64,000 nt of DNA from Raillietiella orientalis. Taxonomy: Eukaryota. The notes beneath the pieces are model-generated. The model saw nothing but the letters and a program-made list of their open reading frames with translations, did no database searches and was not told the DNA's origin. Made by a program: the position numbers and the translations under genes. The stretch's first letter is position 1. Every line of letters starts with the position of its first letter. Of this stretch, positions 12,150-23,933 are shown one piece after another. Location of the stretch: positions 2,790,001 to 2,854,000 of the forward strand of contig JAYWIR010000028.1 of NCBI GenBank assembly GCA_036172245.1. The letters run 5' to 3'.

Positions 12150-12155
12150 TCAGTC
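12150..12155 (+). promoter_or_regulatory. Candidate initiator element (TCAGTC) for BicDR
   Basis: Matches the arthropod Inr TCAGTY about 250 nt upstream of the BicDR ATG, downstream of a GC-rich CpG-dense block. Short motif, could be chance. Confidence 0.3.
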
Positions 12156-12402
12156 GAACGGTTACGTAGCGACGGAGAGGGTGTTATCTCTCGTTTTTTG
12201 CCGGGTACCTCGACTCACGACGAACTCTTTGTGTTTCTGCTCCCGGTGCGGTAGGCTGGAGCCATGCTTATCCCGTCGGGTCGATCCGGATGACGTTCGG
12301 GATTTTCCTCCTGGATCCGATGTGACATTTATCCGCCACTTAGCTGATGATCATCCCGTCCGCCCCGTGGAGATGTGATAGCCGAGCCCCCTACACAAAG
12401 CC

Positions 12403-14251
12403 ATGAACATTTTCCTCAGGGATCCGTTGAAAACGGAAGCGGCGCACTACAGCTTGGAGGATTGCATCTACGAGATGGAGCTTCGCAGTAACGAGGACTC
12501 CGCGATAGACTCGGACGACCCCTACGTCCTCCTGGAGCAGAAAGAGAAGGACCTCATTCTGGCCGCCGAGTTAGGGAAAGCGCTGCTCGAGAAAAACATC
12601 GAGCTGAGCAGGCAGAACGAAGTCCTGGCCGAAGATTTTTCGAAGAAGCTCGAGGTAAAGAAAGCAGTTGGCTCTTGTGAGTCTGGCGCGCGATTGGCGG
12701 GGGTATCGCGTGGGGTCCGTGCGGGGTCCATCCAAGGCGACGGGGGGGGGTGTCCGAAAGACATGCGTGCCCCGCACGCTCCAGGAAGTCACGAACCCCG
12801 GTTTGGGGCGGAACGTGGAAAGGACGTCCCCCCTTTCCCGGGGGACGCCGCCTCGCTTTGCCTGGGCGCGTTGCGATGGAAACCCACCTGCCGGAGACAG
12901 CGCGCGCCTTCCGGGGACGGTCTGGCGGAGTCTTCTTGCTGCCCCCTCCGCCCCGGTTCTTCCGGAGTCCAGCGTTGCCCCCGCGCCGCCGCTGGCGCCA
13001 ACGCACACGCGCGCCCGCGTGCCTCGCAGGACTTATTGGGCTTCGCGGACGCGGGAGGAATGCCGCGAATTCAGCGAACCGGAAATATTTGTATTCTTCA
13101 TGGGAACTTTGTCATCTGCCAACGCGCGAGTCTTCGCGGGAGTCTTTGCGCGCTGCGCAGCTTCGGTTCGCCGTTACCACCCGCCATCTCGGACCGGAAT
13201 GGGCACGGATAGGTATCCCGGATGAGAAATTACGGTTCCGTTTTACTCGGCGTATCAGAATGCAATGGACGAACCCTTCCGTCGGGAGGGCTGCGCCGCC
13301 GCGATGGGGGGGGAGGCTGCCCGATTCGGTCTCGAAGGGGGGGGGGGAAGCGCGTTTCAGTTTCCACACTGAGAGGAAAAAGAAGAGGAGAGCCGCGGCA
13401 GCCGCTATTTGGCCAACATCACCATCGTGGCCTTTCTTTCTTTCTGTTTGCATGCACGTCCTTAAATCACGACAGAGTTTCGGAAACGAATACCAGAAAA
13501 GTGATCCGCGGTTTCACTCGTTCCGGAAGCTGCCTCCATGTAACAGTTACCTGATCACTGGAAGTGGATCCTGCTAAAATAAGAAAGGGCGTTTCGACAC
13601 AGCACTTCTGCACTGTCGAAACTTTTATCGAAACTCGAATGCAAGTATCTCATTGATAAAAAAAAAAAAAAAAAAAAAAAAATGGACCGTCGTGAAGAAC
13701 TGTCACATGTTTTTTTTTTTTTTTTTTTGGGGGGGGGGAAGAGGAAAGAGGATGGCTGAGAAGATATCGAAGACCTGTTTGTGCGGTTGCTTTCGCCCCC
13801 CTCACCCCACTAATTGGACATTTTCTCCCTTCCTCCTGTGAACCAAATCTTTTCCAGCCTTTCCTTCCTTCTTTTTCTTTTTTCTGTGTGTGTGTGGGGG
13901 GGGGGGGACTTCCAATTGACTGAAACCTTCCGACGAGAAATGGCATTGAAAGATGCCTTTTCGTGCTGTTCGCAATCTCCGGTTGAATTTTATTAGAGGT
14001 CGATAAAGCTAATTTACTAGGGCATGGGGGACAAGGGTGGAAAACAAACACGGTGACATTATGGTGTCGTTGGAGGCTGCTGCTCGATTACACGGGAATT
14101 TCTGCGCATGCATCATAATGAATGCTCTTGTGTTTTGGCATCTCGCTGATAGCAATGCTCCTCTTTCTCGCAGCCTCTCGAGCAAACTGAGGATTTATTT
14201 CTGACCCATACGATCTGAAGAACGGTTAAATACTCATTCCCTCAGCATCGC

Positions 14252-14285
<34 letters not shown>

Positions 14286-17200
14286 ATGCCATAATGAGGA
14301 GCATCCTATTCTGGTCCTTTTCCCGTCTCGGCAACTACGAAGCTCGGATAGCGGGGCCACCGAACGCGCAGGAAGGGAAACCGTAGGTCTTGGAAGTGGT
14401 CACGTGGAATGGGCACGTGTTGCTGCGGAAGAACTGTGGCAGCAGGAGTGTGCTTTGGCGGCTGCACCACAGACATTTCAGCCGCAACCGTGGAGAGCAT
14501 CCTCGAACTGCGCCGAGGACCTGCGTTTGAGGCGTTTCCAGCCTCAGATGGCGTCGCCAAGGGAACGCTCCTGTTCTCTCCCGCGACGCCGAGATCGCGC
14601 GCGCACGCGTCCAGCGGGAAACGAAAAGAAGGAAAAAACCCAGTGGGCCCTTTTTACCCCTCCGTGTGCGAGGCCTGGTCGGCAGAGCTGCCCGGGACCG
14701 TCGTCCCACCGCGTGACGTCACAGCCATCTTCGATTTGCGAAGGAGTTGTGCGCGAACACGGAATGCAGCCGTAGGAGTGTCCCACGTGTCGCGAGGCGG
14801 TCGGCGGGAACCGTAATCACCTGCATCCGCACGCGGAGAGGGAGCCGCGTAAGCCCACTCGCGTTTCGAACGGATATCGATTTTCGTCTCCAGGAGGAGC
14901 AGCAGCTCGGGGAGCGAGACGATAAACCGGAAGTGCACAAGGCGTCGTGGTGGTGAGCTCGGGTGCTCTCGCCTCTGGCCGGAAGCTGCGTGCCGAGGTC
15001 GACCGTGGAGTCTCCCGCGAAGACCACTCTCCTCCCCTACCTCTTCGGACCGGCGGGGAAAGGGTTTGCCGGTCCCCCGTCGACGACCGCCTCCCGCCTC
15101 GAAGGCGACACCTGGCAACGCGCGACTCGGGGCGGTCTCCCGAAGTTGCGCGCGCGGACGGGTTCAGGGAGGTGGCCGAATCCGCGGTGCGGAGGACCGT
15201 ACGGTGGATAGGACCCCCTGGCCGACTTCCCGCGTCGCGAAGGCGACGTTTGGGGTCTCTTCCCGTTGACGAAGACATCCGTCGGGAATTCCTGCTCGAG
15301 TCGCCGTGTTCCCGGCCGCGTGCTCCCTCTCCCCGGACCCTTCCACCTTTGCCGAGCGGTGGTCGGCGTCGCCGGTACACTTCCCCTGTAGGCGACCGGG
15401 AGTCAAGCCACCCCACCTGGGCTGGTCCGCGGCGGGCGTCCACTTCCCAGAAGAGGTGGCAGCGACGAGCGATCGGGCCGGGAACGCGCGGAAAGCTCGG
15501 AAGCGTCGGGAGATCCGGCGCTGGAGGACCAGAGAGTTGCCGGCGCCTGCAGGAGGCGGTGCACTCGCCGCGGGGAAGCACCCTGCGCAGCAGAAGGGCC
15601 TCCTAAAGAATTCCCCTTCTCCCCCCCCTTCATCTCCCTGCCGTCTGACGGCGACTCGCGAAGCGCAACAGCGGCGGCGGTGCCTGCTTTCCCGCTTGTG
15701 GCAAGGAGCGCGCCAGTTCCCGCTGGACCGAAAAATGACTTCCGCCAGAGGGATCGTCAGTAATTAATTCATCCCGGTTCTGACCTCGGTCCTCGCTGGA
15801 AAGCGCTCACGGGCTTCGTCGGTTCCGCGTGCGCGTGTCCGTGTCCGCGTCCGTCTGCGTAGGCGGTGCGGGCGGGCGTGTATTCCTCCCCCCCCCACCT
15901 CTTTTCTCCCCCCCCCTCCCACCCCGCGTGCTTTCTTTCGTTGGAAATCCGGCGACCTTGCTCTGGTTCTCTGGCCTCTGGACAGAAAATGAAAAGCTCG
16001 CTCTTGGAGGGAGGGAGGCGCGTGTGAAAGTGGCGCCACTTTCGATTTTCCGCCGCCTTGACTTTTTACCCCTTTCCGCCCGCTGGAGGCCGGGAGAGCG
16101 CGCTACCAGACGCGGCGGCGGCGGCGGCGGCCGACGGAGCGGTTCTCCCTGCTTACTTACGGGAGGATAGTTGCCGTCTCCTCCACCGCTCGCTCTCCTC
16201 GGAGTCCCTGACCCACAGAGGGAACGCCTCGCTTCGCCCCTGGGGCGAGAACAGACAGCTGTCCCGATTCCTCCTGAGCCCTCCCACCTCCGCGAAGGAC
16301 GCTCGTTCGGGAAAATCTGGAGCTGCGATGGGGGAGGAAGGAGAAAGCCGCGAAATTCCCTGCCGGCCCCTTCCGGCCTGGAGGAAGGGCGGCGTCTGAC
16401 GGAAAGGACGCGGGGGAGCGGAGGGAGAAGAGGATCGGATGAAATCCTGCAGACACAGCCCGCGGAGGAGCGGACCGAAGGGGGAGGGTGGCGCCGATAC
16501 CTGCCCAAGGATCCACGATCCCCCTTCTCCTCCCCACCGCCCCCCTCGGTCTCCAGAGTCGCAGGCGGAAGGAATCGGACTGGCTGTTGTGCACGGACCC
16601 TGCCCTGCTACCCTCGCAGCGATGCGGGGGGTCGCCGTTCTCGGGATGCTGCAACGGGGATAGCGAGAGGGAACAGAAAGGGCAAAGGGACCCGACAGGC
16701 AAGGCGCTGAATCTTCTGAAACTTCGAGGGACTGCTGCGCGGCCCTGGGACAGGAGGATGCTCGGAAAGGCTCCTCTTCCTTCCTGAGGATTTTTATAAA
16801 GCGTGTGTTCCCCTGAAAAGCATACCGGAAGTCCAGGAAACCTCGGGGGAAGGGAGGGAGAACTTCGAGAAGGGCTTGCCCCGGCGGAGAGCGCCGACTT
16901 GCTCCTCCCGACAGGGACCCCCGGAGATGCCCGGACCACCCTCTCATCCTTTCTCGTTTTCCTCCCTCGCCAAGGGGGAAGGGATGCACCCCCATGGAGG
17001 CAAAAGTCATAAAGGTGGGGAGTTAGACCAAAGGACTGCGACCTCGGGAGCGCGTCGTTCGCGGTCCACCAGCCACGCGAGGCGCCGTTGCGCAAGGCGC
17101 CAGCTGCCGCCGCACCCCCTGAGGCGGTTTCGTTCGCACAAGGAGAGAGCGCGCGGCGTCCCAGGTCATGCGCGCTCGCGGTCGGGCAGAGATCGCGGTG

Positions 17201-20200
17201 GCGGCGGCGAAGGAGAGGAGGGAGGGTTGGTTGGACGTCGCCTGGCTACCACCTACTCTTCTCCGCCCACCCCCCCAACCTCTCTGTTTCCCTTCCGATG
17301 GTAGGCCGCCCTTTCTCTGGGGGCCCCGAGGAGCCGCTCTAGACTCGCGCACACAGGTCAAGAGGTTGACCTCAACTCTTCCTGAGGGGGGCGGGAAGAC
17401 CCAAGGTCCTTAAAGAGCGCAACCTCCAGCAAAAACTGCCTGGGACCTCGTTTCTGGAAAACCTGCCCGTCAGCATGGGGACGGGAACGCGTGGCGGCGG
17501 AAGCGGGTGCTCCTCCTCTTTGAACGCAGCTGCCGGCATCTCCCGAGGTGACAGCAGCGGCCCGCCCCCGAGACCTCCGCACGTGGCTGCCATGCGGGGA
17601 GGAAGGGCGCCCGCCGGGCGGAAGGAAGAGGGGGAGGCACAGGAAACGGAGGCGACCTTCGAGGTGGAGGCGTGAGAGGCGGTCGTTGCCCGGGAGATGG
17701 AGAGGTCCCCCTCCCTCTCCCTTCCCTCGATCGATCTGCGCGCAGCGCCGCGGCGACTCAGCGCGCGCGCCCTCGCTCGTGGCATCTCCATGGCAGCACC
17801 ACTCCCGGGTGCCGCCGCCGCCTCCCCTGCCCAGCCGCCCTTCCGGAGGAGGGAGGAGGAGTAGCCGTCCTTTCTCCCTCGATCCTCCCCCCCTTTTCTT
17901 TCCCTTAGCCTGGATAAGGGTCGCCGCGGTCGCGTATCGCTGCCGAGGCGGCCAGAGCGTTCCGCTTGAGAGCGTGCGCGTTCCTGGAGCGCGTCGCTGT
18001 CGGCCCGAGGCCGAATCGCGCGACGGGGGGAAAGGGGGCACCTCGCAAGCGCGCCTCGGGGCCGGATGCGGCGGGGGAGGAGAAAGGACGGCGGGAGTTG
18101 CGGCTGTCCCTCCCTTCCCCCTCCTCCTCCTGCTCCCTTCTCCCAAAGAGCGGGCAGTGGACTTTCGGCCCTGAGGCGGGCGGGAGACCGTGTCTGGACA
18201 CGAGGCGAAGGTCGGGAGCCGGCTCTGAGGAGGCTCCCTCCCACTCGTGAAGGGGTTGCCGTGGCGACTCGCAACACCGCCGCCGCAAGAGGCTTCGCAT
18301 CTCGCGTGGGAGCCCTTCTTCCAGGATTCCTCGAAGCTCCCTTCCTCCCCCCCTCCCTTGAGAAACAGCACGGCTTTCGCATGTCGGCCCTCACCAGGGA
18401 GGAGAGCCTCCCGGGATGATCATCTCTCACTAGACTCGGAGCAGGGAAGGGGAGAGTGGAGGAGAGCGCGTGAGACAGCGGGAAGGCCGAGAAAGACAGA
18501 GAGCGCACCACCGACAGGAAAAAGGTGGTGGGTGAGTAGCAGAGAATGCCCTCGAGGGGAAGAACTTCCGGAAGTTTCTCCCTTCTGCACACGAGCAGTC
18601 CCTTCTGCCCTGCCTCGCTTTCGGCTTCTCCTGACAGCGGCACCTTCTTGCAGGTTCTGGAGCAGGAGAAATACTGCCTGAAGCGCAAGCTGACCACTGC
18701 GGAATCCGAGTACGAGACGCGGCTGGGGGAGATGCATGCCGACTTGCTGACCCTCCAGAAGAGCCTGGAGAGCCAACAGGACGCCAGCCGAGATGCAGAT
18801 CGGGAGAGATGCCTCGTCATCCAGGAGCTCACAGACCAGAACCAGCGGCTCCTCTCCCAGGTCCAGGAGGTGAGTAGGCCTTCTGTCCCCCAATCCCTTT
18901 TCGGGTCAGATGGGGCGAGAATCCAGAAAACGCCCCTCCTTTAACACCATCGCAGGCCATCCAGCAGCAGGAGCTCCTCACTGGTCAGCTTCAGGAGACC
19001 AAGGATCAGTGCACGATCAAGATGACACTCGCGGGACACCTGGGAGACTTCGAAGTGCTGAAGGACGAGGTGAGGACCACTGCAGTGGGAGCTCACCCCA
19101 TCCACCCGCTCACGATCCTCCGGAGGTCTCCAGGGGACTTGCGATGATTCTCCGGGGGCTGAGACGCAGGCTGCGTCCTGATCGATCCCCTGCGCGTCGC
19201 TCGCTCTCCTCTTCCGCGCGCGCGAGCGCGCTTAGGTGAAGCAGAGCCCCTGCTCGTTCCTCGAGGGAAGAAGGGGAGGACCGAGGACTCTCCCTCCCTC
19301 CCTCTGAGAATAAGAAACAGGAGTGCCACCGTCCAGAAGCCAAGAGGAGGAGGGTGCACGCTCCTGGAAGGACCACCACGTGCAACCCCCCTTTCGGGAG
19401 GGCTCAGCCACTGCGCTTCCACGCCCGTGTCGATCCCTCTTCTCGCCTTTCGACCCCTCCTCCCTAGGCTGGAGGCCACTCCCCCCTCCCCCTGAAGGTC
19501 CTCCTGCGCTCTCCTCCTCTTCGTCTTTTCCATCTCGCTTTTCCATTTCGCGCCCTCGCGGCGCCCAGGTGCACCTCCTGAGCGTCCAGAAGCAGGAGCT
19601 TCAGAGGAGGCTGGCGAGGCTGACCAACGAGAAACAGAACATCTCCGGTGATCTCAACGAGACGTGTGACAAGATCGCATGCCTGGAGAGGAGCAACCGG
19701 GAGCAGGAGATGCAGGTAACTGAAGGCCCTTCGTGGGTCCGCTCCCCGAAGGCAGGCAAAGATCGGCCCGGGAAAAGCGAAATGGGGAGGGAGACGTCGA
19801 AGGTCTGCCTCCCTTCTGCGGGTGGCAGGAGGGGAAGGGAGGAGGGAAGTAGAAGGAACTCCCGTCTGCCTTTCCCCTGGAGTCCAGGAAGCCGACGGGA
19901 GGTGTAGAGGCGGCGGCGTCCGCGCAGCGACGGCGCAGGGCGTGAGAATCCCCCCTCGTCTTCCCCTCCTCTCACCTGAGGAGAGAAGGGATGCTGGCGT
20001 GGCGGCGACTTCCCTTCCCCCGGAAGCTGCCGGCGGGAATCCTCCGGGCGACTCGGCCGCCGCCGCCGCCGCGCGGCGCGCTTGTTCGGAGTCGTCGCGC
20101 GCGGGCGTGCTACCTTCTGGCCGCTCTCCCTTCTCTCTCTCCCCCGCTGCGCCTCGGGAGAACGCCACTCGCCAGCGCCGCCAGCGGTGCTCTGAGGCCC

Positions 20201-23200
20201 CAGCGCATGCTCGGTGCCCCTTCGTTTTCCACCGTTCCTTTGCCGCATCTCCTCTCTCTCCCTCCTTCTCCCTTCACCTCGCGTGAGTCATCAAGGTGGG
20301 GGCTCCGCCTGGCCGCCCTTACGCAGATCGGACGGGAAGAACAGCGCGTGTCGGTCGGGGGAGAGAGGAGGCGACACGGAAACTCCCAGATGGGGGCTGG
20401 GACTTCCGGCGTGAATGCGGAGCGCGGAAACTCCCCCACGGCTTTTGGGAAAAACCAGAAGCTGCTTCCATATAGCTGGTCTGTCTGAGCTGACCCCCTT
20501 GACTGCTGCACACGAAAGACCCTCACAGCTTCCTTGGCAGCATCTGTAGGATGCTGCCGCGAGAACGCGAGGGTCGCCACCCACAGTCAAAAGAGAAGAA
20601 AGGAAAGGACCCAAGCGATCCATCATCACTTCCTTTCCAATCGTGGAACGGAATCCCGAGGAGCCGTGCAGTGTCTTCCGACCGACCGCAAAGCGCACTC
20701 TCTCATGGGGGGAGGAGGTTGCCGAGGGCAACGGCAGGCGGCGCTTCCGAGGAAGGCATCCGCATGCTCTGCCCTCCTGCTCGTTGCACCTTCCCATCCT
20801 CTCGTCTCTCCACCCGTCGCCAGCCGAGCGTGTGGTGTGCGGGCGTCGCGTTCGCCCGCCGCCACAATGTCTCTCCGCACGCGATTTCTGGCTGCTTGTG
20901 CGCGGCAGACCACTGCTTGGGGAGAACGCGGGACAGGGACAAAGGAAAAGGAGGATGCACCATGGGCAGGGGAGGCCCTTCCCATGGCGCATGGACGCAT
21001 TCGCGCCGGGATATGCTGCCGCCTTCTTCCTGAAGAGCCCGACGAATCGGCCGCATCCTGAGAGTGACCGGTGGCAGCGGTGCTCGCGCGCGTGTGCCAC
21101 CCAGGACCGCGGCGGCCGCGGCATGGCGCATCTCCCAAAAACAACGCGCGGGGAGGAAAAGGGTGGGAAAGAGGAGCAAATGAGCCGCGCCCTGACTCCG
21201 TCCTCCCTTCCGCGCGCACGCGACAGATGCGCTCTCGTTTCCAAGCCTCCGGGAGGCGGCAGCACGTCTTAACCGGAGAGCCAGCGGCGGCGACGCTTGC
21301 GTGAGCAGGCGCCCCCTCTTGCCCCTTCGCGTGCGGGATAGTCGGCCCTGAGTGCGAGCGCCCGCGCAGCAAGAAAATCCCCGTTCCCATGGTAGGTTTT
21401 CTTCCCTCCCGGTCTTCCTTGTGAACCGGGAGGGGGGGGGGAGGGGAGCGCCCCTCCCTGGTTATTCTTCTGACCCCATTTTCCTCTTCGTCTACGTTAC
21501 CTACGGTTCATGCTGCGCACACATCTTCCCCATGTCCCGTCGCGTTGGTGTCATGCCCGCCTTTCCCCCTTCTCTTGGGGTTCCCTACGTGGTCCTCAAG
21601 AGAAGGAGGCTCAGCCTCCCATCCACTGAGGGAAGAGTCTCGGCCTCTGTCAGCAACAGCTGCGTTCCACTCTCGTGCGGGAAGAGGGGGAAGCAGGAAG
21701 GAGGGAAAAAGGGAAACTGTGAGATGTTGCGATCCAGATCTGCGCGCATTGGTCCTCCAGAAACCTGCTCCGAATCAGAGCACCTTCCCATGTTCCCGGT
21801 GAAGTCCCCTCTGAAGCATCCTCCCTCCGCTCCTCTCGCAGACGGTGCTGGCGCGTCGGACGCGCGGGTTCGTTCTCAGCGTGTTCTTCCGGTTTGCTAC
21901 AACCCCACCCCCGCCACAGATCAAATCCCTTCATGGATGGTCGTTCCGGATTTCCTGGTTCCTTTTTCTCGCATAGCGCCTAGGGTGACGGGGTGATTTT
22001 ACTTCCTCGGCTCTCTCCCTTGCGCTCTCCTTTCATCTCGGATGCTTCTTCGAGCTGCAAGCATCTTTCGATGCTCTTGCTGCCAAGTGCGAGAGTGCAT
22101 ATGTGGGCAGCAGCGGTAGCGCCGTCGACTTTCTGATAGGGGTCACCTCCATAGAGCCGTCTGTGGCACGCGCAACGCTCAGACTCGCCACAGACGCTGC
22201 CTCCAGCTTCCGCACCTTCACGTGGAAGGGGAAAAGGGTTGCACGCTCGCCTCGTTCCCGTCCTTTCGAGGGAGAAAGAGGGGTAGGATGAAAGTCATGT
22301 TCCAACGATCGTCGCCCGCCTCTCCTTTCTCCTGGATGAAGCGCTCTTGGGATCAGAAGGAAGGAAGGAACAGGAAAAGAGCAGAAAGATTGGCTCGAAG
22401 GGAGGAAGGGGGGGGGGGTAAACGGGGGGAGAAGAGAAATGAGGAAGGTTTGAGAGAGCAGCTCCTGAGGCAACGGGAAGCTGCTCGCGCTCCTGCACTC
22501 CTCTGCTAATCCTGTTCTCCTTGTGTGCGCGCGGTCCACCAGCTGAAGACCTTAGAGTGTATGGTGGAAGAGCTGCGGACAGCCAACTCACTTCTCTCCC
22601 AGCAGATCGAATCCCTGTCCCGCAACAGCAACTCAGGGAACAACAGCTCTATCTTGGAGGAGATGCTGCTGGACGTGCGGACTGACAGTGGCGGGAGAGG
22701 TGAGAATCCCCCTCGCTCCCCGAAGCGCTCCGTCCATTTCCGTCTTTCCTCAGGTCGAGGCGCTACCATCGACGTGGAAAAGGGTCCTTCCTCCCTGCTG
22801 GTACGGCAAGTCCTCCCGATGGAAGATTTGTACCTCCTCCTCCTTCTTTCAGATGCTCTCCGACGAGCTTCTGGATTCTTACGATCTCGCCTGTCAGCTC
22901 ATCAGGATATTGGAGCCGTCTCCGTACAACCAGCAGCCGTCGCCGTCCCCCATCGATTACCAGGTCTGACGACCCCCTTTCCCCTCCCGGTGGCTTACTG
23001 AGGCGACGTTTCCTGCCTCCACCTGCCCCTCCCCTTCCTCGAAGGGGAGGAAAGCGGGGAAGGAGGTGGTGCTCTCCCTCCGTGACTCCCGTAGCCGGGG
23101 TTGCTCCTGCACGCCTTGGCGCAGCTGAAGAAGTTGGTCGTCGCCCAGGAGTGCCAGCTGAGCGGGAAGCAGCAAGTCCTCGAGGCGGAGCTTCACCAAT

Positions 23201-23933
23201 CTCGGGAGCATCAGGAGAGGCTGTCTCTCGAGCTCACACAGAAGAACGAGGACCTCAAGGCTGCTCGGAGCGAGGCGCAGTCCGCCCTAGGAAACGTCAG
23301 TAGCGGTCTCTTCCCGTTCCCGCGCGGGATGCGCGGGGGGGCGCAGGGGGAACACAAACGATGAGTCGAGCGCTGAGTGCGCACTCACCTGCCTACCCTA
23401 TTCCCTCGCCTGATTGCAGCTCGCTGTGGTCGGGGTGCAGCTGTCCTCTGCCGAAGAGCAGTGCGCGATCCTGAGGCAGGACCTGTCCGAGTCCCACTTG
23501 TCCAGGGACGAGCTCGTGCGCCGAGCCTGGGAGGCTCGCGACCAGGCCGTGGCCCGCAAGAACGCCTGCGAGGTCGAACTGGCGCGGACCCGCGTCGACT
23601 ACGCCCAGGTCAGTGGGCAGCTCGTGGAAGCCGCGCAGCAGAAGCTGTCCCTCAACGAGCAGCTGGAGCAGTGGCAGGTACTTCTTGCGGCCCCCCTTTC
23701 TCCCTCTGTTCCGCCCTCCCCGGCGGTCCCTCCCTCCCGCTCTTCCCAACCCTGAGTTCCCTCTTTCCTTCCTCTTCCTATTGTAGCTCGACATGCACCG
23801 GCTCATCGACGAGCAGCTGAAGAAAAAGCTGGTCCTCATCGAGGAGAAGACCGCTGCCGCCAAGAGGGCGGCAGCCCTCGCAAACTTCAAGAAGAAAAAG
23901 CGCTCCCGCTTCTTCTCCATCCTCCGACGCTAG
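12403..23933 (+). CDS. BicDR: Bicaudal-D-related protein (BICDR/BICDL family dynein-dynactin cargo adaptor), about 549 aa, 10 exons
   Basis: Exons 12403-12654, 18654-18869, 18956-19069, 19569-19715, 22543-22699, 22754-22800, 22853-22963, 23095-23295, 23420-23677, 23787-23933(TAG); all GT-AG and phase-consistent (1650 nt). N-terminal CC1-box QKEKDLILAAELGKALLEKN; C-terminal Rab-binding coiled coil ARDQAVARKNACEVELARTR...QLVEAAQQKLSLNEQLEQWQLDMHRLIDEQL; basic-aromatic tail RFFSILRR. Confidence 0.93.

Noticed and set aside
12655..13212. ORF 12403-13212 as a single 269-aa protein
   Set aside because: Homology-like sequence ends at the donor after 12654; the remainder is read-through into intron 1.
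14800..21400. Long overlapping ORFs on both strands (e.g. 17372-18832, 17358-18371, 16157-17095, 20291-21265)
   Set aside because: Arg/Pro/Gly/Ala-rich translations of GC-rich BicDR introns and antisense exons; stops are rare at this composition; no domain recognised.
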